A stretch of DNA of 49,978 nt, taken from assembly GCA_964016885.1 (NCBI GenBank), contig CAXHJY010000278.1, forward strand, positions 1-49,978, given 5' to 3'. A model generated the notes under the pieces. It saw nothing but the letters and a program-made list of their open reading frames with translations. It was not told the DNA's origin and searched no databases. This DNA is from Eledone cirrhosa. Its lineage: Eukaryota. This document shows, piece by piece, positions 1 through 12,132 of the stretch. A program made the translations under genes and the position numbers. Each line of letters opens with the position of its first letter. The first letter of the stretch is position 1.

Positions 1-243
1 CGGCAAAAAAGCACCCAGCCCACACTGTAAAGTGGATGTGGAGGTGCCACGGAAAAAAAACACCCAGCACTCACTGTAAATGAGGTTGGTGTTAGGAAGG
101 GCATCCAGCTGTAGAAATTAAGTCAGAATCAGTTCCCGTATGAGCAAGACAAGGTCAGCCGACCAGGCACTGCCCACAACAGGACAACCTGTCTAACCCA
201 TGCTAGCGTGGAAGAACATACATAAAACGGTGATGATGATGAT
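1..243 (+). mobile_element. 3' part of SINE family B / RTE-type tail ending in (GAT)n
   Basis: Matches 9912-10155 and the reverse complement of 31634-31875 (cacccagc...gttggtgttaggaagggcatccagctgtagaa...catgctagcgtggaagaa...(GAT)n). Cut by the window edge. Confidence 0.85.
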
Positions 244-272
244 ATACATGTATGTGTATGTATATATATATA

Positions 273-1166
273 TCTATATACAGTATCTAAAACAGAGAAT
301 GTCTGTCTGTCTGTCTGTCTGTTTCCCTAAAACTCGAGAACCACCCAACCGATTTTTTTTCAAACTTTATACATCTAATACTTATGATCCTGTGAGTGTT
401 TTGAGCAAAACATATTTCAAAGCTTCCATGTCCTGAGGACCACATTAGGGAAAAGACCGCATATTTTAGGCTTTATTGAGGCATAATGGAACAATAATCC
501 AGGGGATTTCTTCAAAATTTGCATTACTTATGTCGTTTAAAGTGTTTTGAGCAAAACAGATTTTCTCATTTTTTGCCCCAGGACCGCATTAGACGAAAAA
601 CCGATTTCTTGAAGTATTTTGGTTGCATTAGGACCTGTAACTCACACACACACAAAAAATCGGTTGGGCATGAGAAATACCCAACCGATATTTAAAAAAC
701 TTTGCATATGCATTACTTATGTTTCACAAATTTTCTTGACTGAAAAAGATTTCAAATTTTTGCCCGGGGACCGCATTGTTTAGCATTTTGGTTGTGTTAG
801 GGCCTGTAACCTTATAAATATCCAACTAAATTCCTTCATGCTCTCCACCACTACAGTCCCACATGCTTACTGCTCTGTAACTATTGCTTTCATTGTACCA
901 TAGCACAACAAATACATGTTCGGTTTGTCGAATGCCTTTTTACTTAACCCTATCGTCTTGGCTTTCGTGGGTTGAACATTTTACTCTCAGGCACCCAATT
1001 AAGTTAAACCCCTGGTAATATACGACACATTTTTTTTTATAAGCACAAAATGTAGACACCATCCCCAGTCCGAGGTATTCCATACTTCTCTGTATTGTTT
1101 CAGAAAGGAGGGATACACATGCCAATCTATGTTTAGAATCCCGAGCAGCACCGGGCCATTCTGCTA

Positions 1167-1167
<1 letters not shown>
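273..1167 (+). mobile_element. Non-autonomous Helitron
   Basis: 5' TC after A, subterminal hairpin cccgagcagcaccggg, 3' CTAG followed by T, no TSD. The 5' region (GTCT)n...ctcgagaaccacccaaccgat is shared with the copies at 3043-3958 and 41014-41897. Confidence 0.8.
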
Positions 1168-1206
<39 letters not shown>

Positions 1207-1520
1207 ATGTATGTATGTATATATATATATGTATGTTTATATATATATGTATATGTATGTATGTTTATATATATATGTATATGTATGTATGTATATATAT
1301 ATATGTATGTTTATATATATATATATATGTATGTTTATATGTATATGTATGTATGTATATATATATATATATTTATATGTATGTATATGTGTATATATGT
1401 ATGTGTATGTATACATGTGTATGTGTGTATATATATATATATGCATATGTATATATATATGTATATATGTATATGTATATATGTATGTGTATATGTGTAT
1501 ATATATATGTATATATATAT
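1168..1520. repeat. (TA)n/(TATG)n compound microsatellite
   Basis: Direct reading. It explains the YI-repeat ORFs. Confidence 0.95.
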
Positions 1521-1841
1521 TTTTTTTAATTATGTATTATCTTACGTTTTTTTTTTAATTTCTCCCTGTGAGACAGTGTTTCTCAGATTTAAGGTTATCT
1601 CTCTCTCTCTCTCTCTTTTTCTCTCTCATCCTTCCTTCTTATACTCCTCCTCCATCACCCTTTCCTTATTATTATATTTTTTTCTTCTATCTATATATTT
1701 TTTCTTCCTCTTCCTTACCTTTTCTTTCACCCTTCCTTTCCTTTTTTCCAATCTCATATATCCATCTTATTTTATTTTTCATATGTTGATTTAAAACTTC
1801 ACTATTCACAAGTGTTTTTTAAGCTTCATATCATGTATCCC

Positions 1842-1912
1842 TATTTTATCTGATGAGAACGCAAATATCATCCCATGATGATATTTGTTTTTGAAATGCG
1901 CATAATAAAATA
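1842..1912 (+). ncRNA. Type I hammerhead ribozyme motif (Penelope-type, palindromic stem III)
   Basis: Stem I tattttat/ataaaata. Core CTGATGA 1850-1856. Stem II gcaaatatcatc/gatgatatttgt. GAAA 1893-1896. Stem III A-TGCGCA-T. Predicted cleavage after AUA at 1904. Confidence 0.8.
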
Positions 1913-2670
1913 CATGGAACTCTTTTAACCATCTTTTGATATTATATTATATATTATATATATATATATATTTAAACAACTGTAGATATATGTCTGTGTT
2001 TGCATTTTTAATAAGTGTGATATCTTGATGAGATGAATGAAAAAGTTGACTTTGTCTAGACATTGTAATAGAGCTAACAAATCATACACACTATTTAGTT
2101 CTACTACGGTAGCTCCCATTTCTGAAATCTCTTCATTTGTTGAAACTTGAGATTATAATCGATTACTCTTCACACACACACACAGCCAGCAATTATCTAG
2201 AGGATGAGGGGAGAGTGTTAAACCAAATATAAGGAACTGATTTATCTGCACTAAGGATTGAGATTAACTTCTAATCATTCTACAATAGGAACCATTTCAC
2301 AATTCTAATTTATGTCATTTTCTGAAAGTCTTAGTGGAGCAGCTTACATAGTGTGGCATATGGACATTTATATATAGATTCTGATATGGTCACCATCGAG
2401 GTGTATGGTCTGGTGGTTAGGTTGTTGTGTTCACCATCATCATGTTATAGGTTCCAAGATATTGTCGTGTTTTACTGACACACAGGTCAGTTAGGGAAAG
2501 AAACTCCGATCACTCATTATATTTTGTCTTGGTCTGTTTCAGCTTTGTATCTGAAAAGAGGGTAATTGCCCTGAAATATCACGGTAAAATACACTGGATA
2601 AAACATTACTCTGTTTTCTTTTATTTGTCATTATTTACCCTTCATATTTTTCTACCGCATTGTACTGGCT

Positions 2671-2990
2671 TTAACCCTTTAGCATTCACATTACTCTATA
2701 TATATACAAAGGCGGTGGATTGGCAGTATCGGTAGAGGGTCGGACGCCATGCTTTGAAGCATAGAGTTACCTCCCTGTATGATCTGAGTTCAAATCCCGC
2801 CGAGGTTAACTTTGCCTTTCATCATTCCGGGGTCGATAAAATAAAGTACCAGTAATGTACTGGGTAATTGCTGGCCTTGTGCCAAAAGTAGAAACAATTA
2901 TTCTATATATACTATCATGTTTTCATAGTAAAGGCTTTACCTCGCATAATCATCTCACATAATATCAAATCTATGATATTTTGAAAGTAT
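2671..2990. mobile_element. piggyBac-like MITE fragment interrupted by a SINE
   Basis: Starts TTAA-CCCTTTAGCATT. Body is the reverse complement of 22190-22292. A SINE is inserted at 2711-2902. Confidence 0.6.
2711..2902 (+). mobile_element. tRNA-derived SINE family A
   Basis: A-box-like tggcagtatcggtaga, B box gagttcaaatccc, body gcctttcatc...ggtcgataaaataaagtaccag, end gaaacaattatt. About 10 similar copies in the window. Confidence 0.85.
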
Positions 2991-3042
2991 TTGCTAGCAT
3001 GGAAGATGGACGTTAAACGATGATGATATATATATATATATA

Positions 3043-3958
3043 CTAGCAGTGGTACCCGGCGTTGCACGGGATAAGGTATTTTTGAACGCGGGCCGCCAAC
3101 AGACCTAATCGTGGAAAAACTGCATGCCTGGACAATATGTAAAGAAAATAAACCGAATACTCTGATGGTTGGATAATCTGTAAGATTTTTCTCGATGAAG
3201 CAGCAAAAATGTAGGTTTTCACCTAATGCGGGCCCAGGGGATCAAGAAAATGAATTTTTTTTATGTGCATAATATGCCTTTAAATTTCGGGAAAATCGGC
3301 TAGACGTAACGCCTCCAAAAAGCCCTAAGAAGCTGAAAAAATGAAGTTTTTCACCTAAGGCAGCCCCTAGGCCATAAGAAAGTTGGATTTTCTTTGCTTA
3401 CGGTATGAAGAAGAGACTGACTAATACATAGTTACAATTTCAAGGAAATCGGTTTGACATAACGCCTCAAAAAACCCCCTAAAAATCAGAAAAAAACGCA
3501 GTTTTTCACCTAAAGTTGAATTTTTTTAAGTGCATAACACTCCTTGCAACATAAGTAATACACATGTAAAGTTTGAAAAAAATCGGTTGAGTACTTCTCG
3601 AGTTTTAGGGATTCAAACTCACAGACACACACACACACACACACATACAGACATCCTCAGGGAAGTGACGTAATGCAGACAGTCAGACATACAGACAGAT
3701 ATTATAAGAGCGCGACGTTATATGTATGTATCTATCTACAAAAGAGAAAGACTAAGAATTATAGAGCGAGATCGCTCGCTCAATCGCCTAATGCGGTCCC
3801 TAGAGCATTGAAAATTTGATTTTTCTTTTGCTCAGAACACTCACAGGACCATATGTATTACATGTGTAAAGTTTGAAAACAGTCGGTTGGGTGGTTCTCG
3901 AGTTTTAGGGATTCGAACTCATGCACACACAGACAGACATCCTCAGTTTTATATATAT
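3043..3958 (-). mobile_element. Non-autonomous Helitron
   Basis: The minus strand ends cccgtgcaacgccggg-taccactg-CTAG|T. The 5' region is shared with 273-1167 and duplicated internally (3570-3660 vs 3860-3947). Confidence 0.75.
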
Positions 3959-6900
3959 CTATCTAAGGCGGGTAAAATTCCCGAGATCCATGGACGAGTT
4001 CTCTCCAGCGGTCTCTGTCCCTCATTATCGCTGCCATATCCTGCATCTCCAACAGACCAGTGTCTGTCCTTCGGGCATCAACATATGTTAACCTTGGTCT
4101 TCCTCTTCTAGTGTGTCCATGTAGGGGCTCCCAAAGGAGCACTGAGTGCAATGTCAACTCTGGATGTCGGTGAGCATGTCCAGCCAACCTCAGTCTCCTC
4201 TGTGTCACTTTTGAGCTGACTTTTGGGATGCTCCCATACAGCTCTGAGTTTTTCATCCTCAGTGTATACTGATTAATGTTCAGAGCCATCCTCAGCATTC
4301 TCGTGTAGCACCCATCCACCATCTGAGTGAGTCTCTTGGTCAGTGTCCAAGTCTCAGACCCATACAGCAGCACAAACTCCACTACAGCAATGAAGAGGCG
4401 GATTTTCAGGTCTCTACGAAGGTCCGACTTCCACACCGATCTCAAGCTGTGACACGCCGCCCAGGCCTTGCTCTTCCTCTCAACCACATCATCTTCCGTA
4501 TTCTCAATCTTTGCTCCCAAATACAGGAAGTCCTCAACCAATTCCAGCGGCTTCCCGCCTACATTAGTGATCCCCTCTGGCTTCTCAACATTCTCTACCA
4601 GATATTTTGTTTTAGTCTCATTCATTCTCAGCCCCACACTCATCAACACAGTCTCAACCTCCCGCATCAAATCCTCTGCCTCCTTCACTGTATTTGTCAC
4701 CAAAACTATGTCGTCTGCAAATTCAGCATCCGATACCTTTTTCGCCCCAACTCTCCTGCTCTGAGCCGGTGCTACAGTAAAGCCAGAGTCCTGGTGTTTC
4801 TCCAGTGCAAGGCGCATACAATAGTCCACTACGATGATAAAAAGGTAGGGAGCCAATGTATCTCCCTGGAGCACTCCAACCAGTATCTCAAAGAACTCTG
4901 TCATCCCATCAGGTGTAATGACTTGGGTGTTGGTGTAGAGCAGTGATATCACGTCCACTATCCTCTTGGGGATTCCATAAGCCTGTAAGATCTTCATCAG
5001 GCAGTAACGGTCCACAGAATCAAAGGCCTTCCTAAAGTCAATGAAAACCATGACCGCAGGAAGGCACTTTGCTCTAGCTCCCTCTAATATCCTCCTCAGC
5101 ATCAGGATGTGACTGGTGGTTGATCTACCCTCTCTGAAGCCGTTCTGGTTGTCCCTGAGCTTCTTCTCCATCTCAGGCTGGATCCTGTTAAGAATGATCC
5201 TGTTGAGGGTCTTTGCCACAAGTGACGTCAGTGAGATCCCCCGGTAGTTGTTGGTGTTAGAGAGATCTCCCTTCTTTGGCACTGGGACGATGTTACTGAT
5301 CCTCCACTGATTCGGGGCAACTCCTTTCTCCAGTGCCCCGTTACAGAACCCCAGGATGATATCATCAAAATCACACCTCTTCATCACCTCTGATGCCACT
5401 CCATCTTCTCCATGAGCCTTGCCCTCCTTGATCTTCTTCTTGGCTCTCTGAAGCTCCTCTCTGGTGAAGGGCTCTGTCTCAACATCCAGTTCCTCAAACA
5501 GCCGCCTGATCTCCCCAGTGCTCTGGGCTGTGGAGGGTGGCTCTCCTAGTAGGGTCCTAAAATGGTCTAGCCATTTCCTCTTCCTATCCTCGGGCCCCGT
5601 TCCCTGGATCTGACTCGAACACCTTTTCTTCCTCCCTGTGATCTCGTTGATGATCATCCAGCTCTCCTTACATCCAGATCTGTCAACCGCTCTCTCCACA
5701 CTTCTGATCTTCTCTATCAGTGCCTCCTCTCTGACCTCAGTGTAAGCGGTACAGAGCTCCTCCCTCATCACCTCCACAGTCTCCATCCTCTCCTCCGTAG
5801 GATCAGCATAGAATTGGTCCCTGGCAGCTTTCAGGTGTTCTCTGGCTGCACACACTTTTGGGTTTGCAGAGCTGACGTGCTTCCCTTTGTTCTTTTTCCT
5901 CGGCACCAGGGTTTCACTTGCTTTCGCCACTGCATTGGTGAAGTGCCCGTACCTCCTCGTCACACTCTCCTCAGTCCATCCAATCTCTCTCTCCTCTGAC
6001 TCTCCACACAGAGCACTAAACCTGTTTCTCACTTCCACTGTGAACCTCTCCTGTAGCTTATCATCTTCCTTGAAAGCTCCCTAGTCATAGATTGTTCTCC
6101 GGGGCTGAGCCTTCCTCTTTCTTAAGCTCACGCGGACCTCACTCATAACAAGCCGGTGGTCACTACCTAGTGTACTGAAATAGCTGTATGGTTCCGTGTT
6201 CAGAACACTATTCCGCCACTTTTTCCTCACCAGAATGAAATCAATCTGGGACTTGGACAGGTGCATATCTGAGATGTAGGTCCACATCTTCCCCAGATTC
6301 TTCCTAAACCTTAGGTTGGTCGCCATCAAGTTCGCCTCCAGCAGGGTGTCTCTCAGTAGTCTTCCATTTCGGTTGGTGTTGTTATGGAAGTACCAGCAAG
6401 CATCTTCACTGCCCTCCTTACTCAGATGTGCATTGAAGTCCCCCAAAACAAGCAGGATATTGTGTGCCTGAGTGGTGTTGACAGCTCTACACACCTCCTC
6501 ATGGAACTCCTCGGCATTCACATCACTGTCCCCCTTGGTTGGACTATAGGCTGAGATGACTGTCAGTCTTGGGTTTCCATTGAAGGTCACCCTCAACACT
6601 CGCGGGGAGATAGGCATTATTTCCCTCACCAACAGATTAGTTTTTGCACTGAACACAAAACCCACTCCTCCTACTGCAGCATTTGTTGTGTTCTTCACTG
6701 CCGATGTAGTGATGAGCTGGCTCTTCCTCCCGATCATCACACTCCTCACGGGCTCATCGTGTAGAATCCTGTGTTCTTGGATCGCAAGTATCTGTATACC
6801 ACTCTCCTCGAACAGATGTCCCAACTCCTCTCTCTTCTCCAGCGTTCGAATAGTCCTCACATTCAAAGTGCCCATTTTGATGGCTCTTCTGCAGGACAAA

Positions 6901-7255
6901 ACTGCATTCTTTATATTTGTCTCAGAGACAGCTACTGGCCCTCTCTGTGGCTCTAAGCCAGCAGAGTCATAACGACCAGGCTGCACCTTGACAGTGTAAT
7001 TAGGGGCTCTAACCCTAGTGCTGTTAGATCGACTCTCCATATTTCTTTTCAATGGCTGGGTATGACATTAAACTACATCCAGTGGCAAGGCTCCAGTTCG
7101 GGAGTTCAGGAGATGTGGGGAATGTGGAGTTACCCCTTAGTTGTCATGACTCCCAGGTCTGCCCTGGCCCGGGGTGGTAGTACCTGTTAGGGCTCCATTT
7201 ATGGGTTAAATAACTACCTTATTCGAGTGGCGCCGGTAAGGTATTGTCAGCCATT
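3955..7255 (-). mobile_element. Near full-length RTE-clade LINE
   Basis: Single-ORF architecture with APE + RT, ~200-bp 5' leader, very short (TAGA)/(TA) tail and TA-rich flanks on both sides. Confidence 0.9.
3963..7052 (-). pseudogene. RTE LINE polyprotein (APE endonuclease + reverse transcriptase) with one in-frame TAG at 6081-6083
   Basis: APE motifs GTLNVRT, LAIQEH, GDFNA, IDFIL, SDH. RT motifs NYRGISL, QNGFR, FIDFRKAFDSV, GVLQGDTLAPYLF, FADD, FLYLG. ORFs 6081-7052 and 3963-6038 are in the same frame. Confidence 0.93.
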
Positions 7256-7265
7256 ATATATATAT

Positions 7266-7299
<34 letters not shown>

Positions 7300-7676
7300 A
7301 AAATAAATAAGTATGCTCTCATAAATAATAAATAAAAGAATTTCCCCACCGCCAACCTCACCTGCTGCTGCTGCTTTGAATATTTTAAACAAATGTCACA
7401 TGTTTATTTTATTTGCTATAACATTGATTGAATTCACCAAAAAATGGAATTATTTTCAAGGAGCTGTGGATGTCTTTAGAAATGGTAGAATGGTGGATGG
7501 AGGGGATGGGGGAGTAGGAGGGGGGGGGGAATTCTCCCCTTCAGTTGAATATTTACTGACAAGTTTTAGAGTGAGAGTGTGAGAGAAGGGGAGGGAGGGA
7601 GGGAGGGAGGGAGAGGGGGATTTTGTTAAAGTGAATTTTTGAAATAACACTTGACAATGGTGTTGTGGTATTCAAG

Positions 7677-7713
<37 letters not shown>

Positions 7714-7948
7714 CACTACTACCACTACTACCATTGCTGCTACTACTACTACTACTACTACTACCATTGCTACTACTACCACTACTACCCCCACTACCAC
7801 TACTACTACTACCATTGCTACTACTACCACTACTACCCCCACTACCACTACTACTACCACCACCATGACTGCCACTACTACCACTACTACTACTACTACT
7901 GCCACCACCACCACCACCACCACCACCACTACTACTACTACTACTATT
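7677..7948. repeat. (TAC)n/(CAC)n trinucleotide microsatellite
   Basis: Direct reading. Confidence 0.95.
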
Positions 7949-8150
7949 ATCCCAAGAAGTACTTGTCTGAATATCTCTATAGATAAATAAATGTCTCTAA
8001 ACTTAACAAAAGACCAGCAATTGGAAGAGAAGGGGAAAGTCAATTAATTCAACCCAGTCTATTACTGCTACTTTATTTTATCAACTGCTTAAGGATCAAA
8101 GGCTAAGTTAACCTTTGAGGGACAGTTTTCTCTTTGCCCATTTCTGAATG

Positions 8151-9392
8151 AGATTGGCTAGCTTGTATGTGACCTCCTCCCAGTCCTCGTCTACCTGGAG
8201 GTCCAGTCCAAACCAGACTTGAAGGACTTTAACCAACAATGACACCATACTCTGGCTTACACGACTCGGTACACTCTCAGTCTGCTACTTAAGATTGGCT
8301 ACCTTGTATGTGATCTCCTAGTTCGTGTCTACCTGGTGGTCCAGTCCAAACCAGACTTGAAGGGCTTTAACCAACAATGACACCATACTCTGGCTTACAC
8401 GACTCGGTACACTCTCAGTCTGCTGCTTAAGATTGGCTACTTTGTATGTGATCTCCTAGTTCGTGTCTACCTGGTGGTCCAGTCCAAACCAGACTTGAAG
8501 GACTTTAACCAACAATGACACCATACTCTGGCTTACATAACTCGGTACACTCTCAGTCTGCTGCTTAAGATTGGCTACTTTGTATGTGATCTCCTAGTTC
8601 GTGTCTACCTGGTGGTCCAGTCCAAACCAGACTTGAAGGACTTTAACCAACAATGACACCATACTCTGGCTTACATAACTCGGTACACTCTCAGTCTGCT
8701 GCTTAAGATTGGCTACTTTGTATGTGATCTCCTAGTTTGTGTCTACCTGGTGGTCCAGTCCAAACCAGACTTGAAGGACTTTAACCAACAATGACACCAT
8801 ACTCTGGCTTACACTACTCGGTACACTCTCAGTCTGCTGCTTAAGATTGGCTACCTTGTATGTGATCTCCTAGTTCGTGTCTACCTGGTGGTCCAGTCCA
8901 AACCAGACTTGAAGGACTTTAACCAACAATGACACCATACTCTGGCTTACACGACTCAGTACACTCTCAGTCTGCTGCTTAAGATTGGCTACCTTGTATG
9001 TGATCTCCTAGTTCGTGTCTACCTGGTGGTCCAGTCCAAACCAGACTTGAAGGACTTTAACCAACAATGACACCATACTCTGGCTTACACGACTCAGTAC
9101 ACTCTCAGTCTGCTGCTTAAGATTGGCTACCTTGTATGTGATCTCCTAGTTCGTGTCTACCTGGTGGTCCAGTCCAAACCAGACTTGAAGGACTTTAACC
9201 AACAATGACACCATACTCTGGCTTACACGACTCGGTACACTCTCAGTCTGCTGCTTAAGATTGGCTACCTTGTATGTGATCTCCTAGTTTGTGTCTACCT
9301 GGTGGTCCAGTCCAAACCAGACTTGAAGGACTTTAACCAACAATGACACCATACTCTGGCTTACACGACTCGGTACACTCTCAGTCTGCTGC
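8151..9392. repeat. Tandem array, 138-bp unit x 9
   Basis: gattggcta recurs at 8293, 8431, 8569, 8707, 8845, 8983, 9121 and 9259 (138-bp spacing). The first unit is diverged. Confidence 0.95.
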
Positions 9393-9466
9393 TAGATGAA
9401 GTAAGATGATGGTCAATTCTGTAGCAAACAAGTCCTGTATGTGAAAGTGGAACTCATAGGGTAAAC

Positions 9467-10274
9467 CAGATGTTCTCAAACTTTTGCCCCCCCCCCCCCC
9501 CCCCAGGCCATGTTATATCCCCCCCCCCCCTATTTCCCTATTTCCAGAGTGACCTGCCTACACACAAATTGTAAATAATATATAATAAATTAAATCATTG
9601 ATTTATATATAATAAATAATATAATATATGCTATGTATAAATAAACATTATATATTTTATATTTTACTATATTTATATATATATATCATTTGATATTTAA
9701 TATACTATTATATATGAAGGCGTGTGGCTTAGTGGTTAGAGCATTGGGCTTGCAATCGAAAGGTTGTGAGTTCAATTCTTGGACCGGGTGATGTGTTGTT
9801 TCCTTGAGCAAGACACTTTATTTCACATTGCTCCAGTTTACTCAGCTGTAGAAATGAGATGATAGGACTGGGGTCCCTATCATTCCACTACAAAGTGGTC
9901 GTGGAGGTGCCACGGCAAAATAGCACCCAGCCCACACTATAAAGTGGACGTGTAGGCACCATGGAAAAAAAGCACCCAGCACTCACTGTAAATGAGGTTG
10001 GTGTTAGGAAGGGCATCCAGCTGTAGAAATCAAGCCAGAATTAGTTCCCATATGAGCAAGACAAGGTCAGCCGACCAGACACTGCCCACAACAGCACAAC
10101 CCGTCTAACCCATGCTAGCGTGGAAGAACAGACGTAAAATGATGATGATGATGATCATCATCATCATCATCATCTCTACCGACCCCTACCCCCATCAGTC
10201 CCTTAGGCTGTAGCACCCCCTGGACCTTCTCAACGCCCCTCGAGGGGTGGTAGCACCCATTTTGAGAACCTCTA
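9467..10274. mobile_element. hAT (Charlie-like) MITE with a nested SINE
   Basis: TIRs cagatgttctcaaa / tttgagaacctcta. Imperfect 8-bp TSD gggtaaac/gggtagaa with central TA. A second copy lies at 40860-42258. Confidence 0.7.
9716..10155 (+). mobile_element. tRNA-derived SINE family B (CORE-like centre, long RTE-type tail)
   Basis: A box tggcttagtggtta, B box gagttcaattc, CORE-like ccttgagcaagacactt...ctcagctgtagaaatg, (GAT)n tail. Confidence 0.85.
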
Positions 10275-10343
10275 GGGTAGAACATCCAACCCTGGCACTT
10301 TCTCCCTCTAATAGCAGAAACAGCAGTGTTAATATTATCAATA

Positions 10344-11153
10344 ATGGTTTCTGATTTAGGCACATGGCCAGCAACTTTGTAGGGAGAAGAAAGTTGATTA
10401 AAATGAACCCAGTACATTACTGGTACTTTATTTTATCAACCCCATAAGGATGAAAGGCAAAGCTAACCTCGGAACGTAAAGGTACACAATTATACTCTAG
10501 AACATGTTTTTCGACACTCTACCGATTGTGCCAATCCACTGCCCTTAATAATTGTTTCTATTTTAGGCACAGGGCCAGCAATTATCCAGTGCATTACTGG
10601 TACTTTATTTTATCGACCCCGTAAGGATGAAAGGCAAAGTTAACCTCGGCGGGATTTGAACTCAGATCATAAAGGGACGTAACTCTATGCTTCAAAGCAT
10701 GGTGTCCGACTCTCTACCGATACTGCCAATCCACCAATGGTTTCTTATATAGGCACAAGGCCAGCAATTTGGGGGGAGGGGGGGTCGATTATATTGACTC
10801 CAGTGGATTACTGGTACTTTATTTTATTGACCTCATAAGGATGAAAGGCAAAGTTAACCTCGATGGGATTTGAACTCAGAATGGCAAGGGCCGTAACTGT
10901 GCTGGAAAGAATGGTGTCCAACCCTCTACCGATACTGCCAATCCACCTGTTTCTACTTTAGACACAAGGCCAGCAATTTGAAGGAGTGAGGAAAGTCGAT
11001 TCAATCTACCCCAGTTCATTACTGGTACTTTATTTTATCGGCCCCGCAAGGATGAAATGCAAAGCTAACCTCATTGGGATTTGAACTGTGAACGTAAGGG
11101 GTCATAACTCTATGCTGCAAAGCATGGTATCTGACGCTCCACCGATATTGCCA
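10344..11153 (-). mobile_element. Four head-to-tail SINE family A copies
   Basis: Units at ~10344-10545, 10550-10735, 10738-10946 and 10948-11153, each the reverse complement of 2711-2902. Confidence 0.85.
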
Positions 11154-11374
11154 ATAATGAGAAGATTTAATACGCTCTCACAATTATTGTGAGGAACAAC
11201 AAACTATACAAATTAATTAAATAAATTAATTAATACAAAAACAATCAAAAACACGAGAAATTCGTTACTAATGAAATCACAACCTTAAATGAGAATTAAC
11301 TAGTTTTTTGTATTTCAATGGAGAAAATTATCTCATTTATTAATTTATATTCCTTATTTGTCATTAACTTATTT

Positions 11375-11833
11375 ACTCTCTCTCCCCCTCTCCCACTTTC
11401 TCTCTCTCTCTCCATCTGTTTGTCAAACTTTTTATATGCGACTGTCCCCCCCCTTCTCTCTCCCCTCTCTCTCTCCCCCTCTCTCTCTCCCCCTCTCTCT
11501 CTCCCCTCTCTCTCTCCCCTCTCTCTCTCCCCTCTCTCTCCCCTCTCTCTCCCCTCTCTCTCTCCTCCCCCTTTCTCTCTCCCCCTTTCTCTCTCCCCCT
11601 TCTCTCTCTTTCTCTCTCTTTCTTACTCTTTCTCTCTCTCCCTAAACCTTTCTCCCTCTTTCTCTCTCTCTCTCTCTCTCTCCATCTATCTGTTTGTCAC
11701 ACTTTTTATATGCGACTGTCTCTCCCCCCTTCTCTCTCCTCTCTCTCCCTCCCCCTCTCTCTCTCCTCTCTCCCTCCCCCTCTCTCTCCCCTCCCCCCTC
11801 TCTCTCCCCTCTCTCTCTCCCCTCTCTCTCTCC

Positions 11834-11864
<31 letters not shown>

Positions 11865-12125
11865 CTCTGTCTCTCTCTGTTGATCTCTGTCTGTCAAACT
11901 TTTTATCTGTGACTGTCTGTCTCTCTCATTCTCTCTTTCCTCCATCCCTCCACCTCTCTTTCTCTCTCCACTCACTTTCCCTCTCTCTCTCTCCTCTCTT
12001 CCCCTACCAACCCCTCTCACCCTCTATATCCCCCCTCTCACCCCTCCGCCTCCTGTCTCCCCCTCTCTCACCCCTCCGCCTCCCGTCTCCCCCTCTCTAT
12101 ATATTTTCCTCCCTCTATCTCTCTA
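11375..12125. repeat. CT-rich polypyrimidine low-complexity tract
   Basis: (CT)n/(CTCCC)n with three copies of an embedded ~35-bp motif tgtcaaactttttatatgcgactgtc. Confidence 0.9.
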
Positions 12126-12132
12126 TTCTTTA

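Noticed and set aside
433-460. CTGAGGA...GAAA hammerhead-like core
   Set aside because: Only a 2-bp stem II and no stem I or III. It is part of a Helitron internal repeat.
4449-6972. Plus-strand ORFs overlapping the LINE
   Set aside because: They are antisense shadows of the RTE coding sequence. The same applies to 32051-33154.
8170-8235. HDV-like ribozyme suggested by ag-TCCTCGT-ct in the first 138-bp unit
   Set aside because: No matching P1 or P2 partner and no C-N-A-A junction. The motif is lost in the other units.
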